A DNA stretch of 24,000 bases from the NCBI RefSeq assembly GCF_900105995.1, contig NZ_LT629785.1, positions 3,580,934 to 3,604,933 of the forward strand, written 5' to 3'. The notes under the pieces were generated by a model that saw only the letters and a list, made by a program, of their open reading frames with translations, ran no database searches and was not told the DNA's origin. The translations under genes and the position numbers were made by a program. How positions within the stretch are numbered: position 1 is the first letter of the stretch; each line of letters begins with the position of its first letter. Below, in pieces: positions 1-13,559 of the stretch. Source of the stretch: Pseudomonas pohangensis (lineage in GTDB: Bacteria > Pseudomonadota > Gammaproteobacteria > Pseudomonadales > Pseudomonadaceae).

Positions 1-128
1 AGGTCCTGCGTCAGCGCACGATCCCGTGCGGCGACCTTGTCCAGTTGCGCTGGCAGGCTGCTGCCCAGCGAAGCCTTGCGGGCGAGGACGGCGCCAAGGG
101 CGCGGGCAGCGGCAAGCCGGGGATTCAC
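1..128 (-). CDS. rsmB: 16S rRNA (cytosine967-C5)-methyltransferase RsmB/Sun, 5' end only (runs off the window)
   Basis: Hand translation of the minus strand from GTG at 128-126 gives (M)[41 protein letters not shown]. This is colinear with the NusB-like N-terminus of RsmB. The start overlaps the fmt stop (GTGA). The order def-fmt-rsmB is the conserved operon order. Confidence 0.8.
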   Translation of the reverse strand, partial: MNPRLAAARALGAVLARKASLGSSLPAQLDKVAARDRALTQD

Positions 129-1069
129 AGATCGAAGCTCCGGCCCACGGCAAATTGCTCCTGACGGCTATTGAGCAGATCAGCGAAGGCCAGCGGTTTG
201 CCGCCGGGAAGCTGCAGCCGGGTCAGGCACAGGGCGCCACTGCCGCAGGCAACGGTGAGGCCCTGTTTGCTGGCCTGCAGAATGGTTCCGGGCGCGCCGG
301 TGCCCTCGCCCGGACAGGCATTGAGCACTTTCAGCGTCTCGCCAGCGAGCAGCGCGTGACTCACCGGCCAGGGGTAGAAGGCACGGATCTGCCGCTCCAG
401 CTCGACGGCCGGGCGCTGCCAGTTGATGCGCGCTTCTTCCTTGTTCAGCTTGTGGGCGTAGGTGGCGAGCGTATCGTCCTGTTGCTGGCCGGCGAGTGTG
501 CCCTGCGCCAGCGGACCGATAGCCTCGGCCATGGCCCGGGCGCCCAGCAAGGCCAGACGGTCATGCAGGCTGGCGGCGTTATCTTCCGCACGGATCGGGG
601 TGGTGACCTTGCGCAGCATGGGGCCGGTATCCAGGCCTGCTTCCATCTGCATCAGGGTGACACCGCTTTGCTCATCGCCGGCCTCGATGGCGCGCTGGAT
701 CGGTGCTGCACCACGCCAGCGCGGCAGCAGCGAAGCATGACTGTTGATGCAGCCCAGAGGTGGAATATCCAGCACGGCCTGCGGCAGGATCAGTCCGTAG
801 GCCACCACCAGCAGCAAATCGGGTTGCAGTGCGGCCAGTTCGGCCTGGGCTGCCGGGTCGCGCAAGGTGGCCGGCTGCAAGACCGGGAGTCCGTGCTGTT
901 GCGCCAGCAGCTTGACCGGGCTGGGCATCAGTTTGTGGCCACGTCCTGCCGGCCGGTCCGGCTGGGTGTAGACGGCAATCACCGGATGGCCGGCATCCAG
1001 CAAAGCCTGCAAGTGGCGGGCGGCAAACTCTGGCGTGCCGGCAAAAACGAGACGCAATGGCTTGGTCAT
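125..1069 (-). CDS. fmt: Methionyl-tRNA formyltransferase
   Basis: 314-aa [31 protein letters not shown]... with the formyltransferase core ([21 protein letters not shown]). It lies directly downstream of def. Confidence 0.97.
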   Translation of the reverse strand: MTKPLRLVFAGTPEFAARHLQALLDAGHPVIAVYTQPDRPAGRGHKLMPSPVKLLAQQHGLPVLQPATLRDPAAQAELAALQPDLLLVVAYGLILPQAVLDIPPLGCINSHASLLPRWRGAAPIQRAIEAGDEQSGVTLMQMEAGLDTGPMLRKVTTPIRAEDNAASLHDRLALLGARAMAEAIGPLAQGTLAGQQQDDTLATYAHKLNKEEARINWQRPAVELERQIRAFYPWPVSHALLAGETLKVLNACPGEGTGAPGTILQASKQGLTVACGSGALCLTRLQLPGGKPLAFADLLNSRQEQFAVGRSFDL

Positions 1070-1172
1070 GGATTCTCTTGGGGAGTAGGTTCCGGGCGCG
1101 CCGGGCAGAGCTAGGTGATCAGGACCGGTGAACGCTTGAAAGCCCGGCGCCGACGTTCAACGGCGGTTTTGC

Positions 1173-1679
1173 TCACGCCTGCTGCCGATGCTGCTTTTCC
1201 AGTTTCTTCTTGATCCGGTCACGCTTGAGGGTGGAAAGATAGTCGACAAACAGCTTGCCGTTGAGGTGGTCGCATTCATGCTGGATGCATACCGCGAGCA
1301 GACCTTCGGCGATCAGCTCGAAGGCCTCGCCGTTGCGATCCAGCGCATTGATCCTGACCTTTTGCGGGCGTTCGACGTTCTCGTAGAAGCCGGGAACCGA
1401 CAGGCAGCCTTCCTGATACTGCTCCAGCTCGTCAGTCAGTACGGTAAATTCCGGGTTGATGAAAACCAGCGGCTCGCTGTTGTCTTCGCTGAGATCCATC
1501 ACCACCAGGCGTTTGTGTACATTCACCTGACTGGCCGCAAGTCCGATACCCGGTGCGGCATACATGGTCTCGAACATGTCGTCGATCAGTTGCCGCAAGG
1601 CATCATCCACTACCTCGACCGGCTTGGCTTTGGTCCGCAGTCGGGGGTCAGGAAATTCCAGAATGTTCAAGATTGCCAT
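1173..1679 (-). CDS. def: Peptide deformylase
   Basis: 168-aa ORF carrying all three deformylase metal-site motifs: [16 protein letters not shown] and HECDHLNG. Confidence 0.97.
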   Translation of the reverse strand: MAILNILEFPDPRLRTKAKPVEVVDDALRQLIDDMFETMYAAPGIGLAASQVNVHKRLVVMDLSEDNSEPLVFINPEFTVLTDELEQYQEGCLSVPGFYENVERPQKVRINALDRNGEAFELIAEGLLAVCIQHECDHLNGKLFVDYLSTLKRDRIKKKLEKQHRQQA

Positions 1680-1825
1680 ATGCGTTTGTGATGCACTTGT
1701 GGAATAAAGTCAAAAACCGCTGCTAAGATGATGAGCAGCATTGAAAAAACGGTTTGTTTCCGCGACCCCGAAGGGGCACCAAGCGGTCAATCCTCGCTAA
1801 GACACATAATAAAGGGATTCACCCC

Positions 1826-2851
1826 ATGAGGAAATCACTACTCGCCCTGCTGCTGCTCACCGCCTGCGGATTGGCTCAGGCTGAAGTGCAGCTCAAGAGC
1901 GGCCATCCAGATACCTATACCGTGGTCAAGGGCGATACCTTGTGGGATATCTCCGGGAAGTTCCTGACCCAGCCATGGAAATGGCCGGAAATCTGGCATG
2001 CCAACCCGCAGATCGAGAATCCCAACCTGATTTATCCGGGCGACAGATTAAGTCTGGTGTATATCGATGGTCAGCCGCGGCTGAGCCTGGATCGTGGTGC
2101 ATCCCGCGGCACCATCAAGTTGTCGCCGGGCGTCCGCAGTACTCCCATGGTTGATGCCATTCCACCTATTCCGCTGGAAGCCATTCGCGCCTTCCTGATC
2201 AGAAACCGCGTGGTCGACAGCGAAGAGGACTTCAAGCAGGCGCCTTATGTGGTCGCGGGTGAAGGTCAGGGCGTGGTCTATGGCGCCGGCAATACCATCT
2301 ATGCCCGCGGAGACTTTTCCGCACCGCAGCCAGGCTACCGGATCCTGCGTCAGGGCAAGGTTTACAAGGACCCGGTGACCAACGAGTTCCTCGGCATCAA
2401 CGCCAACAGTATCGGTGGCGGTGACCTGAAGGCCGTCGAAGGTGAAATAGCCACCCTGTACGTTACCGATACTTCCGAAGAAATCCGCCGTGGTGACCGC
2501 CTGTTCCCTTCGCTGGAAGGCGTGATCAACTCCAGCTTCCAGCCCAGCGCGCCGAGCCAGCAGATCGATGGCGAAATCATTGATGTCCCGCGTGGTGTCA
2601 ACATCGTCGGTGCCATGGACGTGGTCACGCTGAACAAGGGTGCCCGCGACGGTCTGGTTCCCGGCAGCGTGCTGGCGATTTTCAAGACAGGTGAAACTAT
2701 CCGTGATGTGGAAACCGGCAAGCAGCTGAAGATGCCCGATGAAGAGGCCGGTGTGCTGATGGTTTTTCATGCGTTCGACAAGGTCAGCTACGCGCTGGTG
2801 ATGCGGGCGCATCGACAACTCAAGGTCGGCGACAAGGTGCATAATCCGTAA
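1826..2851 (+). CDS. tsaP: Secreted LysM peptidoglycan-binding protein (TsaP-like)
   Basis: The track ORF begins at an upstream TTG (1754). ATG at 1826 gives 341 aa with signal peptide MRKSLLALLLLTACGLAQA and a canonical LysM motif (YTVVKGDTLWDISGKFL...NLIYPGDRL). Its position between def and dprA matches the P. aeruginosa LysM protein PA0020/TsaP (from memory), so the symbol is tentative. Confidence 0.85.
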   Translation: MRKSLLALLLLTACGLAQAEVQLKSGHPDTYTVVKGDTLWDISGKFLTQPWKWPEIWHANPQIENPNLIYPGDRLSLVYIDGQPRLSLDRGASRGTIKLSPGVRSTPMVDAIPPIPLEAIRAFLIRNRVVDSEEDFKQAPYVVAGEGQGVVYGAGNTIYARGDFSAPQPGYRILRQGKVYKDPVTNEFLGINANSIGGGDLKAVEGEIATLYVTDTSEEIRRGDRLFPSLEGVINSSFQPSAPSQQIDGEIIDVPRGVNIVGAMDVVTLNKGARDGLVPGSVLAIFKTGETIRDVETGKQLKMPDEEAGVLMVFHAFDKVSYALVMRAHRQLKVGDKVHNP

Positions 2852-2859
2852 TACCTGAA

Positions 2860-2881
2860 CCCCCGCCAATGCGGGGGTTTT
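2860..2881 (+). terminator. Rho-independent terminator after the LysM gene
   Basis: cccccgc-caat-gcggggg is a 7-bp GC stem with a 4-nt loop, followed by tttt, starting 9 nt after the stop codon. Confidence 0.7.
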
Positions 2882-2916
2882 GCTGCATGCCCTGCCAAGA
2901 GATCAAGGATGATCCC

Positions 2917-4011
2917 ATGTCTGCAATTTCTCCCGCCGAACTTGAGGCGCGTCTGCGCCTGCACAGCCTGCCCGATATTGGTCCGCGGCGCTTTCATCGC
3001 CTGATTGAAGCTTTTGGTGATGCCGCCTCCGCGATCGCGGCACCTGCTGCGGCCTGGCGCGCACTGGGGCTGCCTGCCGGTTGTGCCGAGCAGCGCCGCA
3101 GCGAGTCGATACGGCTGCAGGCCGCCGCGGCCCTGCGCTGGCTTGAGCAGCCCGGCCAGCAGCTGATGATGTGGGATAACCTGGCGTATCCCGGCCTGCT
3201 AGCCGAGCTGAACGATGCCCCGCCGTTGTTATTTGTCGCCGGTGCGCCAGGGATTCTCGAGCAGCCACAGCTGGCCATGGTCGGTAGCCGGCGTGCCAGT
3301 CGCCCGGGGCTGGATACGGCACAGAGTTTTGCCCGTGCGCTGGCGGCCGGTGGTTTCACCATCACCAGTGGGCTGGCGCTGGGGATCGACGGTGCAGCGC
3401 ATCAGGGCGCGCTGGATGTATCAGGCAAAACCATTGCTGTGCTGGGGACCGGCCTGCAGCAGATCTATCCTGCCCGGCACGCCGCTCTGGCGCAGCGCAT
3501 TGTCGAGGGTGGCGGCGCCCTGGTATCCGAGTTGCCACTGGGCAGCGCAGCCCATGCGAGCAATTTTCCACGGCGCAATCGCATCATCAGTGGCTTGTCC
3601 CTTGGCGTACTGGTGGTAGAGGCGAGTCCGGCCAGTGGTTCTTTGATCACCGCGCGGCTGGCTGCGGAACAGGGCCGCGAGGTGTACGCCATTCCCGGTT
3701 CGATTCATCACCCCGGCGCGCGCGGTTGCCATCAGCTGATCCGTGACGGGGCGACGCTGGTGGAGAGCGTCGAGCACATACTGCAGGCGTTGCGCGGCTG
3801 GCAACTCGGTGCAGCAGAACCGCAGTCCGAACCGCGCACGCAACCATTGTCGCCATTGCTCAAGCTGCTGCGCGCCGCGCCACTGACGGCGGAACAGCTT
3901 GCGGGCAGTCTGGGCTGGCCGTTGAGCCAAACGCTGGCGGCCTTGACCGAGCTGGAACTGGGCGGACAAGCCTGTTGCGAGTCCGGACTGTGGGTGTTTC
4001 GCCGCGCCTGA
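2917..4011 (+). CDS. dprA: DNA-processing protein DprA/Smf
   Basis: ATG at 2917 is preferred because the track start at 2869 lies inside the upstream terminator. The 364-aa product has DprA core motifs [33 protein letters not shown] and [15 protein letters not shown]. Confidence 0.93.
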   Translation: MSAISPAELEARLRLHSLPDIGPRRFHRLIEAFGDAASAIAAPAAAWRALGLPAGCAEQRRSESIRLQAAAALRWLEQPGQQLMMWDNLAYPGLLAELNDAPPLLFVAGAPGILEQPQLAMVGSRRASRPGLDTAQSFARALAAGGFTITSGLALGIDGAAHQGALDVSGKTIAVLGTGLQQIYPARHAALAQRIVEGGGALVSELPLGSAAHASNFPRRNRIISGLSLGVLVVEASPASGSLITARLAAEQGREVYAIPGSIHHPGARGCHQLIRDGATLVESVEHILQALRGWQLGAAEPQSEPRTQPLSPLLKLLRAAPLTAEQLAGSLGWPLSQTLAALTELELGGQACCESGLWVFRRA

Positions 4012-4049
4012 AGCTTTACACTGCCGGGCATCGCAAGCCGGAGGTGGAA

Positions 4050-4607
4050 ATGGCGAGTCAATGGCAAATAAGCAGGGCGGCGCGCCTGGTGCGTGCTGGC
4101 GGAGTAATCGCCTACCCGACCGAGGCGGTGTGGGGTCTGGGTTGTGATCCGTGGAATGCGCTCGCGGTGGAGCGCCTGCTGGCGCTTAAACAGCGCGATC
4201 CGGCCAAGGGTCTGATACTGGTGGCCGCGGCCATCGAGCAATTCGACTTTCTGCTGGATGATCTGCCCGAGCGCTGGCTGGATCGTCTGGCCAGTACCTG
4301 GCCGGGCCCGCATACCTGGCTGGTCCCGCATCGGCAGAGATTGCCTGGCTGGATCAGCGGTGAACACGACAGTGTGGCCTTGCGCGTCAGCGATCACCCC
4401 CTGGTGTGTGAGTTGTGCGCAGCCTGCGGGCCGCTGGTATCGACTTCAGCCAACCCGGCAGGCAGACCGGCTGCACGCAGTCGCTTGCGTGTGCAGCAGT
4501 ATTTTTCCGCTCAGCTCGATGGCCTGCTGAACGGGCCGCTGGGTGGCCGCAAGAACCCCAGTACGATTCGTGATCTGGCGACGGCAGAGGTGCTGCGGCC
4601 TGCCTGA
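4050..4607 (+). CDS. tsaC: L-threonylcarbamoyladenylate synthase TsaC (YrdC/Sua5 family)
   Basis: ATG at 4050 is preceded by GGAGG (4040-4044). The 185-aa product has YrdC-domain motifs [15 protein letters not shown] and [10 protein letters not shown]. It follows dprA as in Pseudomonas. Confidence 0.92.
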   Translation: MASQWQISRAARLVRAGGVIAYPTEAVWGLGCDPWNALAVERLLALKQRDPAKGLILVAAAIEQFDFLLDDLPERWLDRLASTWPGPHTWLVPHRQRLPGWISGEHDSVALRVSDHPLVCELCAACGPLVSTSANPAGRPAARSRLRVQQYFSAQLDGLLNGPLGGRKNPSTIRDLATAEVLRPA

Positions 4608-5633
<1,026 letters not shown>

Positions 5634-5695
5634 CCATCTGCCCTCGCCCACCCCTGGCGTCGGGCGAGCCACTTCAACCCAGCAAAGGTCAGTCC

Positions 5696-6526
5696 ATGGA
5701 TCGTTATGGCGTGTTTGGCAACCCGATTGCCCACAGCAAATCACCGCTGATACATCAACTGTTTGCCGAGCAGACCGGACAGGTGCTCAGTTATGAAACC
5801 CTGCTGGCGCCGCTGGACAACTTCAGCGGCTTTGCCCGTGCTTTTTTTGCCAGTGGCGGCTGCGGGGCAAACGTCACCGTGCCGTTCAAGCAACAAGCCT
5901 TCCGCCTGGCAGACCAGCTCAGCCCCCGCGCCCGCCGGGCCGGTGCGGTAAATACCCTGAAGAAGCTGGAAACTGGTGCCTTGCTGGGCGACAACACGGA
6001 TGGTGCCGGTCTGGTCCGCGACCTCTCAGGCAATGCAGGAATCCCCTTGCGCGGCCAGCGCATCCTGTTACTCGGTGCTGGCGGTGCCGTGCGCGGGGTG
6101 CTTGAGCCCTTGCTGGCAGAGCATCCGGCAGCGCTGGTGATTGCCAATCGCACGGTGGAAAAGGCCGAGCAACTGGCCCATGAGTTTGCTGATCTTGGTC
6201 CGGTTGCGGCCAGTGCCTATGACTGGCTGGACGAGCCGGTCGATCTGATCATCAATGGCACGTCAGCCAGTCTCGCCGGAGCGCTGCCACCCCTGGCGGC
6301 AAGCCTGGTGCAGCCGGGGCATACCTGTTGTTACGACATGATGTATGGCCGTGAGCCAACCCCGTTCAACCACTGGGCCAGCCAGCTGGGCGCGCGCCAG
6401 ACGCTGGATGGGCTGGGCATGCTGGTCGAGCAGGCGGCCGAGGCGTTTTTCCTCTGGCGTGCTGTGCGGCCACAGACGGCGCCGGTGCAGGAGCGCTTGC
6501 GCCGGCAGTTGCAGGCAAGCGGCTGA
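5696..6526 (+). CDS. aroE: Shikimate 5-dehydrogenase
   Basis: 276-aa ORF with [33 protein letters not shown] and the GAGGA dinucleotide loop. Confidence 0.95.
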   Translation: MDRYGVFGNPIAHSKSPLIHQLFAEQTGQVLSYETLLAPLDNFSGFARAFFASGGCGANVTVPFKQQAFRLADQLSPRARRAGAVNTLKKLETGALLGDNTDGAGLVRDLSGNAGIPLRGQRILLLGAGGAVRGVLEPLLAEHPAALVIANRTVEKAEQLAHEFADLGPVAASAYDWLDEPVDLIINGTSASLAGALPPLAASLVQPGHTCCYDMMYGREPTPFNHWASQLGARQTLDGLGMLVEQAAEAFFLWRAVRPQTAPVQERLRRQLQASG

Positions 6527-6629
6527 GGGTAATCTGCCCTTGGCATGACTTGTGTCTATGTTCGCCCCGCCGGATGAAGGGACAATCGGGAAAGGTGGTT
6601 AGCCCCACACGAAATTAGCCAGTCGAGAG

Positions 6630-7826
6630 ATGCCCATGAACGACAAGCAAGCAGAGACCGAAACCAGCAACAGCTCCCCGGCAGTAGCCCCGGCCATGGC
6701 AGCACCCCGCAGGGTGCGCCGGGCACCGGCGGCAAAAGCTGCGGCAAACCCTGACGGCGTACTTGGCGGTGCCGAGCTCGAAGCAAAAATGCTCGATGAC
6801 TCGATAAAGGCGGTCCGCGAAAGGACTGCCGTGGCGGTCGAGGACATCCTTGCGCACATTGACCCGCAGGATGTAACCAGCCTGCGCGATACCCTGGAAA
6901 CCTTTGTGCAGGGCCTGTCGCAAGATGATGCCGAAGCCCTGAACAAGGCGTTGGCCGACAAGGCGGGCCGGGATTTCAATGGCGGCAGCTCCGACCCGGA
7001 TGACGAGCTGGCACCGGACTGGCGGCATGGCGGCTATCCCTACAAGAACCGCATGTCGCGCAAACGCTACGAGCAGGAGAAGTATCACCTGCAAGTCGAA
7101 CTGCTCAAGTTGCAGGCCTGGGTCAAGGAAACCGGGCAGAAGGTGGTGATTCTGTTCGAGGGCCGGGATGCGGCGGGCAAGGGGGGCTCGATCAAGCGCT
7201 TCATGGAGCATCTGAATCCGCGTGGTTCACGCATCGTGGCGCTGGAAAAGCCTACCGAAGTCGAGCGCGGCCAGTGGTATTTCCAGCGTTATGTACAGCA
7301 CTTGCCGACTGCCGGGGAGATCGTCATGTTCGACCGCTCCTGGTACAACCGTGCCGGGGTAGAACGGGTCATGGGCTTTTGCTCGGAGGCCGAGTATCTC
7401 GAATTCATGCGTCAGGCTCCGGAGTTCGAGCGCATGCTGGCGCACAACAATGTGCACCTGATCAAGTTCTGGTTCTCGGTCAGTCAGGAAGAGCAGCGCC
7501 GGCGCTTCAAGGAGCGCGAAAAACATCCACTCAAGCAGTGGAAGCTCAGCCCGATCGACCTGGCCTCGCTGGACAAGTGGGACGACTACACCAAGGCCAA
7601 AGAGGCGATGTTCTTCTACACGGATACCGCCGATGCGCCCTGGACGGTGATCAAGTCCACCTGCAAGAAACGCGCACGCCTGAATGCCATGCGCTATGTC
7701 CTGCACAAGCTGCCGTATACCGGCAAGGACCTGAAACAGATCGACAGTCTTGACCCGCTGATAGTCGGGCGTGCCAATGTGGTTTACGAACGCGGCGAAA
7801 AAGTATCGGACGTACCGATCCTCTGA
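6630..7826 (+). CDS. ppk2: Polyphosphate kinase 2 (single-domain PPK2) with a long N-terminal extension
   Basis: The core from about aa 131 reads [30 protein letters not shown], has Walker [12 protein letters not shown], then [17 protein letters not shown] and [10 protein letters not shown]. The ATG at 6636 is an equally plausible start. Confidence 0.9.
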   Translation: MPMNDKQAETETSNSSPAVAPAMAAPRRVRRAPAAKAAANPDGVLGGAELEAKMLDDSIKAVRERTAVAVEDILAHIDPQDVTSLRDTLETFVQGLSQDDAEALNKALADKAGRDFNGGSSDPDDELAPDWRHGGYPYKNRMSRKRYEQEKYHLQVELLKLQAWVKETGQKVVILFEGRDAAGKGGSIKRFMEHLNPRGSRIVALEKPTEVERGQWYFQRYVQHLPTAGEIVMFDRSWYNRAGVERVMGFCSEAEYLEFMRQAPEFERMLAHNNVHLIKFWFSVSQEEQRRRFKEREKHPLKQWKLSPIDLASLDKWDDYTKAKEAMFFYTDTADAPWTVIKSTCKKRARLNAMRYVLHKLPYTGKDLKQIDSLDPLIVGRANVVYERGEKVSDVPIL

Positions 7827-7894
7827 CCGAGGTGGGCGCAGCGCTTGGCAGAGGTATACTGCGCCCTTCTCCTCCAGTTGCCGGTAATTTTCTC

Positions 7895-8779
7895 GTGAAG
7901 CTTCGACATTTCGTACTCATGCTGCTGTGCAGCAGCGCTTTGATCGCCTTGCCCGGTCTGGCGGCCACTGCCGCGAAGACCCAGCAGATTGCCTCCGGCA
8001 GCGGCCTGGTGATTGACCTGCAAACCAATCAGGTACTGTATGCCAGCAATCCTGACTGGGTGGCGCCGATCGCTTCGGTGACCAAGCTGATGACTGCGGT
8101 AGTGGCACTGGATGCCAAGCTGCCGATGGATCAGCAGTTGCCGATCATCATTCGCGACGTACCGGAGATGCGCGGGGTGTATTCGCGGGTACGCATTGGC
8201 AGTGAAATCAGTCGCAAGGACATGCTGCAGCTGGCACTGATGTCTTCGGAGAACCGTGCTGCTGCCAGTCTGGCGCATCATTATCCGGGTGGGGTCAAAG
8301 CTTTTGTCGCTGCCATGAATACCAAGGCCAAGGCACTGGGCATGAGCCATACCCATTTCGTCGAGCCGACCGGACTATCGGAAAAGAATGTGTCCACCGC
8401 CAATGACCTGGTCAAGCTGCTCAAGGCCAGTCAGCAGTACCCGTTGATCGGCCAGTACAGCACCACCCGCGAGAAGACCCAGAGCTTTCGCAAACCCAGT
8501 TACACGCTGGGTTTTCGCAATACCAACCGGCTGGTGTACAAGCCCGACTGGAGCATCCAGCTGACCAAGACCGGCTTTACCAATGAAGCCGGGCACTGTC
8601 TGGTGATGCGTACCCGTATGGACGGCCGCCCCGTGGCCTTCGTGGTGCTGGATGCCTACGGCAAGTACACCCACATGGCCGATGCCAACCGCCTGAAGAA
8701 GTGGCTGGAAACCGGCAAGGTCAGCCCGGTGCCGGCAGCGGCCTTGAGCTACAAGGCGCAGAAGCTTTCGCAGCGCTGA
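7895..8779 (+). CDS. pbpG: D-alanyl-D-alanine endopeptidase (PBP7 type)
   Basis: Carries SxxK (SVTK), SxN (SEN) and KTG motifs, and is colinear with E. coli PbpG as I recall it ([44 protein letters not shown]). GTG at 7895 yields a normal signal peptide [26 protein letters not shown]. Alternative starts are 7832 (GTG) and 7919 (ATG). Confidence 0.9.
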   Translation: MKLRHFVLMLLCSSALIALPGLAATAAKTQQIASGSGLVIDLQTNQVLYASNPDWVAPIASVTKLMTAVVALDAKLPMDQQLPIIIRDVPEMRGVYSRVRIGSEISRKDMLQLALMSSENRAAASLAHHYPGGVKAFVAAMNTKAKALGMSHTHFVEPTGLSEKNVSTANDLVKLLKASQQYPLIGQYSTTREKTQSFRKPSYTLGFRNTNRLVYKPDWSIQLTKTGFTNEAGHCLVMRTRMDGRPVAFVVLDAYGKYTHMADANRLKKWLETGKVSPVPAAALSYKAQKLSQR

Positions 8780-8810
8780 AGAGCCAGCTGTCGCGAATCA
8801 GAAGCGCAAC

Positions 8811-8854
8811 AAAAAGCCGCTGCATCGTTTGGATCGCAGCGGCTTTTTGTTTTC
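8811..8854. terminator. Bidirectional rho-independent terminator between convergent pbpG and trpA
   Basis: gccgctgc...gcagcggc forms an 8-bp stem (8816-8843). It is flanked by aaaaa upstream and tttttgtttt downstream, so it reads as a terminator on both strands. Confidence 0.75.
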
Positions 8855-8866
8855 TTCCACAGCGCT

Positions 8867-11918
<3,052 letters not shown>

Positions 11919-12074
11919 GCCTGCAGTTCTGTCAGGGATGGCAAAATTGCTGTCATGCGCCCCGGCACGCTTGAGCGCAGCGAGCAATTGCGTCAATCTC
12001 AACGATATTTTATTGATAATGTTTCGGAGTGCCCTGCCGAAGCCATTTGACTCAGGTTAATCGCGAGGTAATTC

Positions 12075-13352
12075 ATGGCCATTCACTTCCCCAAACAGCG
12101 TCTTTGCATCGGTGTGTTGCTGGGTCTTGGTGCGGCATCCGTGCAAGCCGGCGGGCTGATGCTGTATGAAACCGGCACGGACAACACCGGTCTGGCCAAT
12201 GCCGGTGCCGCTGCCCGCGCCCAGGGGCCGGGCACCATTGCCAGCAACATTGCCGGTATGAGTTATCTTGAGGGCACCCAGGTCACGGGTGGCCTACAGG
12301 CTATGTTCGGTAATTTTGAAGTTGACTACGATGCAGGCACCAATGTGCCGGGTAGCAATAGTGGCAACTCGGTGGAATTTATTCCGGGCGCCAGTTTCTT
12401 CATCAGCCAGCAAATGGACGAGCGCTGGACTCTTGGCTTTGGCACCTACAGTAACTTCGGTCTGAGCGAGAACTATAACAACGACTGGTCCGGTCGCTAT
12501 TACGTGCAGAATGCCACCATTGGCGGTTTGTCCCTGGTTCCCGCTGCGGCCTTCAAGATTGATGACCAGTGGTCGGTCGGCATTGGCCTGCAGGCCATGT
12601 ACGGCATACTCAATGCCGAGCTGGCGATCGACAATCACCCGGAAGATCTTCGTAACAAGCAGGACGGTCAGCTCAAATACCGCGATGAAGACTGGGGTTT
12701 TGGCGGCAATGCCGGGGTGATCTACGCACCGCGCGAAGGAACCCGCATCGGTCTCAGTTACACCAGCGAGATCGACCTGAACTTTGAAGACGGGCTGGAC
12801 TTGCGAGGGGCCGATCAGGTCTATCAACCACTCAATGGCGTGAAAACCAAGATTGATGCAACGGTACCGCAGACGGTCACACTCAGCCTGTACCAGCAGA
12901 TCAACCCGCGCTGGGCCATGCTGGCCAGTACCAACTGGCAGCAGTGGTCGCAGTTTGGTGAGATCTACGTGCAGCTGGATACCGAAAATAAACGCACGAC
13001 CACCCTCGATGAAGGTTACGACGACACCTGGCATCTGTCGGTGGGCAGCCAGTATCAGGCAACCGACAAGCTGTTGTGGAATATGGGTGTGGCCTATGAC
13101 AGTTCGGCAGTCTCCGACAGCAAGCGAGGCTGGGTTGTGCCGATGCAGGATGCCTGGCGGCTGGGTACCGGCCTGACCTATGCGCTGGATGCGCAAACCG
13201 ACCTGAACTTCAGCTATTCCCTGGTGTGGATGGGCGACATGCCGGTTTCCCAGAGCAAGTCGCAGCCTGCCAGTGACCCGGCGCAGGTTTCCGGCAGCTT
13301 CGATAACGCCTGGCTTCAGGCCGTTAGCAGCAGCATGACCTGGCGCTTCTAG
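12075..13352 (+). CDS. FadL/TodX/OmpP1-family outer-membrane hydrophobic-compound channel, paralog 1
   Basis: 425 aa with signal peptide ending ASVQA. Has the N-terminal hatch GGLMLYETGTDNTGLANAGAAARA, family landmarks W.LGFG, DWGFGGNAG and D.W..G.G..Y, and a terminal aromatic residue (SMTWRF). Confidence 0.9.
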   Translation: MAIHFPKQRLCIGVLLGLGAASVQAGGLMLYETGTDNTGLANAGAAARAQGPGTIASNIAGMSYLEGTQVTGGLQAMFGNFEVDYDAGTNVPGSNSGNSVEFIPGASFFISQQMDERWTLGFGTYSNFGLSENYNNDWSGRYYVQNATIGGLSLVPAAAFKIDDQWSVGIGLQAMYGILNAELAIDNHPEDLRNKQDGQLKYRDEDWGFGGNAGVIYAPREGTRIGLSYTSEIDLNFEDGLDLRGADQVYQPLNGVKTKIDATVPQTVTLSLYQQINPRWAMLASTNWQQWSQFGEIYVQLDTENKRTTTLDEGYDDTWHLSVGSQYQATDKLLWNMGVAYDSSAVSDSKRGWVVPMQDAWRLGTGLTYALDAQTDLNFSYSLVWMGDMPVSQSKSQPASDPAQVSGSFDNAWLQAVSSSMTWRF

Positions 13353-13388
13353 ACACACGATTTCATAACCTGATCGTGGGTAATCAGG

Positions 13389-13421
13389 CCCGGCAGAGTT
13401 AACCACTTTGCCGGGTTTTTT
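13389..13421 (+). terminator. Rho-independent terminator after FadL paralog 1
   Basis: cccggca...tgccggg forms a 7-bp stem followed by tttttt, 37 nt after the stop codon. Confidence 0.7.
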
Positions 13422-13559
13422 GCTTTTCTGGCTTTAAGTCGCGGGTTAAGTAATGAGGCTGGTGCGCGTCTTGCAAAAGTCAGGATATGCACAACACTCC
13501 AAGTGAATTGTTCCGGCCCTGATTGCAGGCGCTGATAGAAAAACAACAAGGAGACGGCC

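Noticed and set aside
26-1114. Long ORFs antisense to real genes: 26-1114 vs fmt, 1188-1691 vs def, 2048-2869 vs the LysM gene, 8879-9859 vs trpA, 9679-10878 vs trpB, 12294-13406 vs FadL paralog 1, 21640-22707 vs prlC, and many shorter ones.
   Set aside because: Their translations are Arg/Ala/Gly/Pro-rich with no recognisable motifs. Each lies exactly opposite a confidently identified gene. Stop-poor antisense frames are expected in GC-rich DNA.
1712-1739. Terminator-like hairpin on the minus strand (gctgct-catcatctt-agcagc followed by ggttttt) about 35 nt upstream of def.
   Set aside because: The stem is only 6 bp with a 9-nt loop. No upstream minus-strand gene would need termination here. 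It is too weak to call an attenuator or sRNA terminator without data.
1754-1825. 5'-extended starts offered by the ORF track: 1754, 2869, 3975, 4608, 7832, 11025 (minus), 18320, 19781, 20653, 22527 and 22835.
   Set aside because: The extensions lack conservation with the respective families, often overlap the upstream gene or a terminator, and use rare start codons. Internal starts with an RBS and a proper N-terminus or signal peptide fit better.
1728-1829. 33-codon upstream ORF (MMSSIEKTVCFRDPEGAPSGQSSLRHIIKGFTP) ending in an ATGA overlap with the LysM gene start.
   Set aside because: There is no Shine-Dalgarno before its ATG, and it lies in the divergent def/LysM promoter region. Nothing distinguishes it from a chance ORF.
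12008-12026. AT-rich quasi-palindrome tttattgataatgtttcgg upstream of FadL paralog 1, which resembles a Fur box.
   Set aside because: My best hand alignment to the 19-bp Fur consensus GATAATGATAATCATTATC gives only 11 of 19 matches. It is more simply an AT-rich promoter element.
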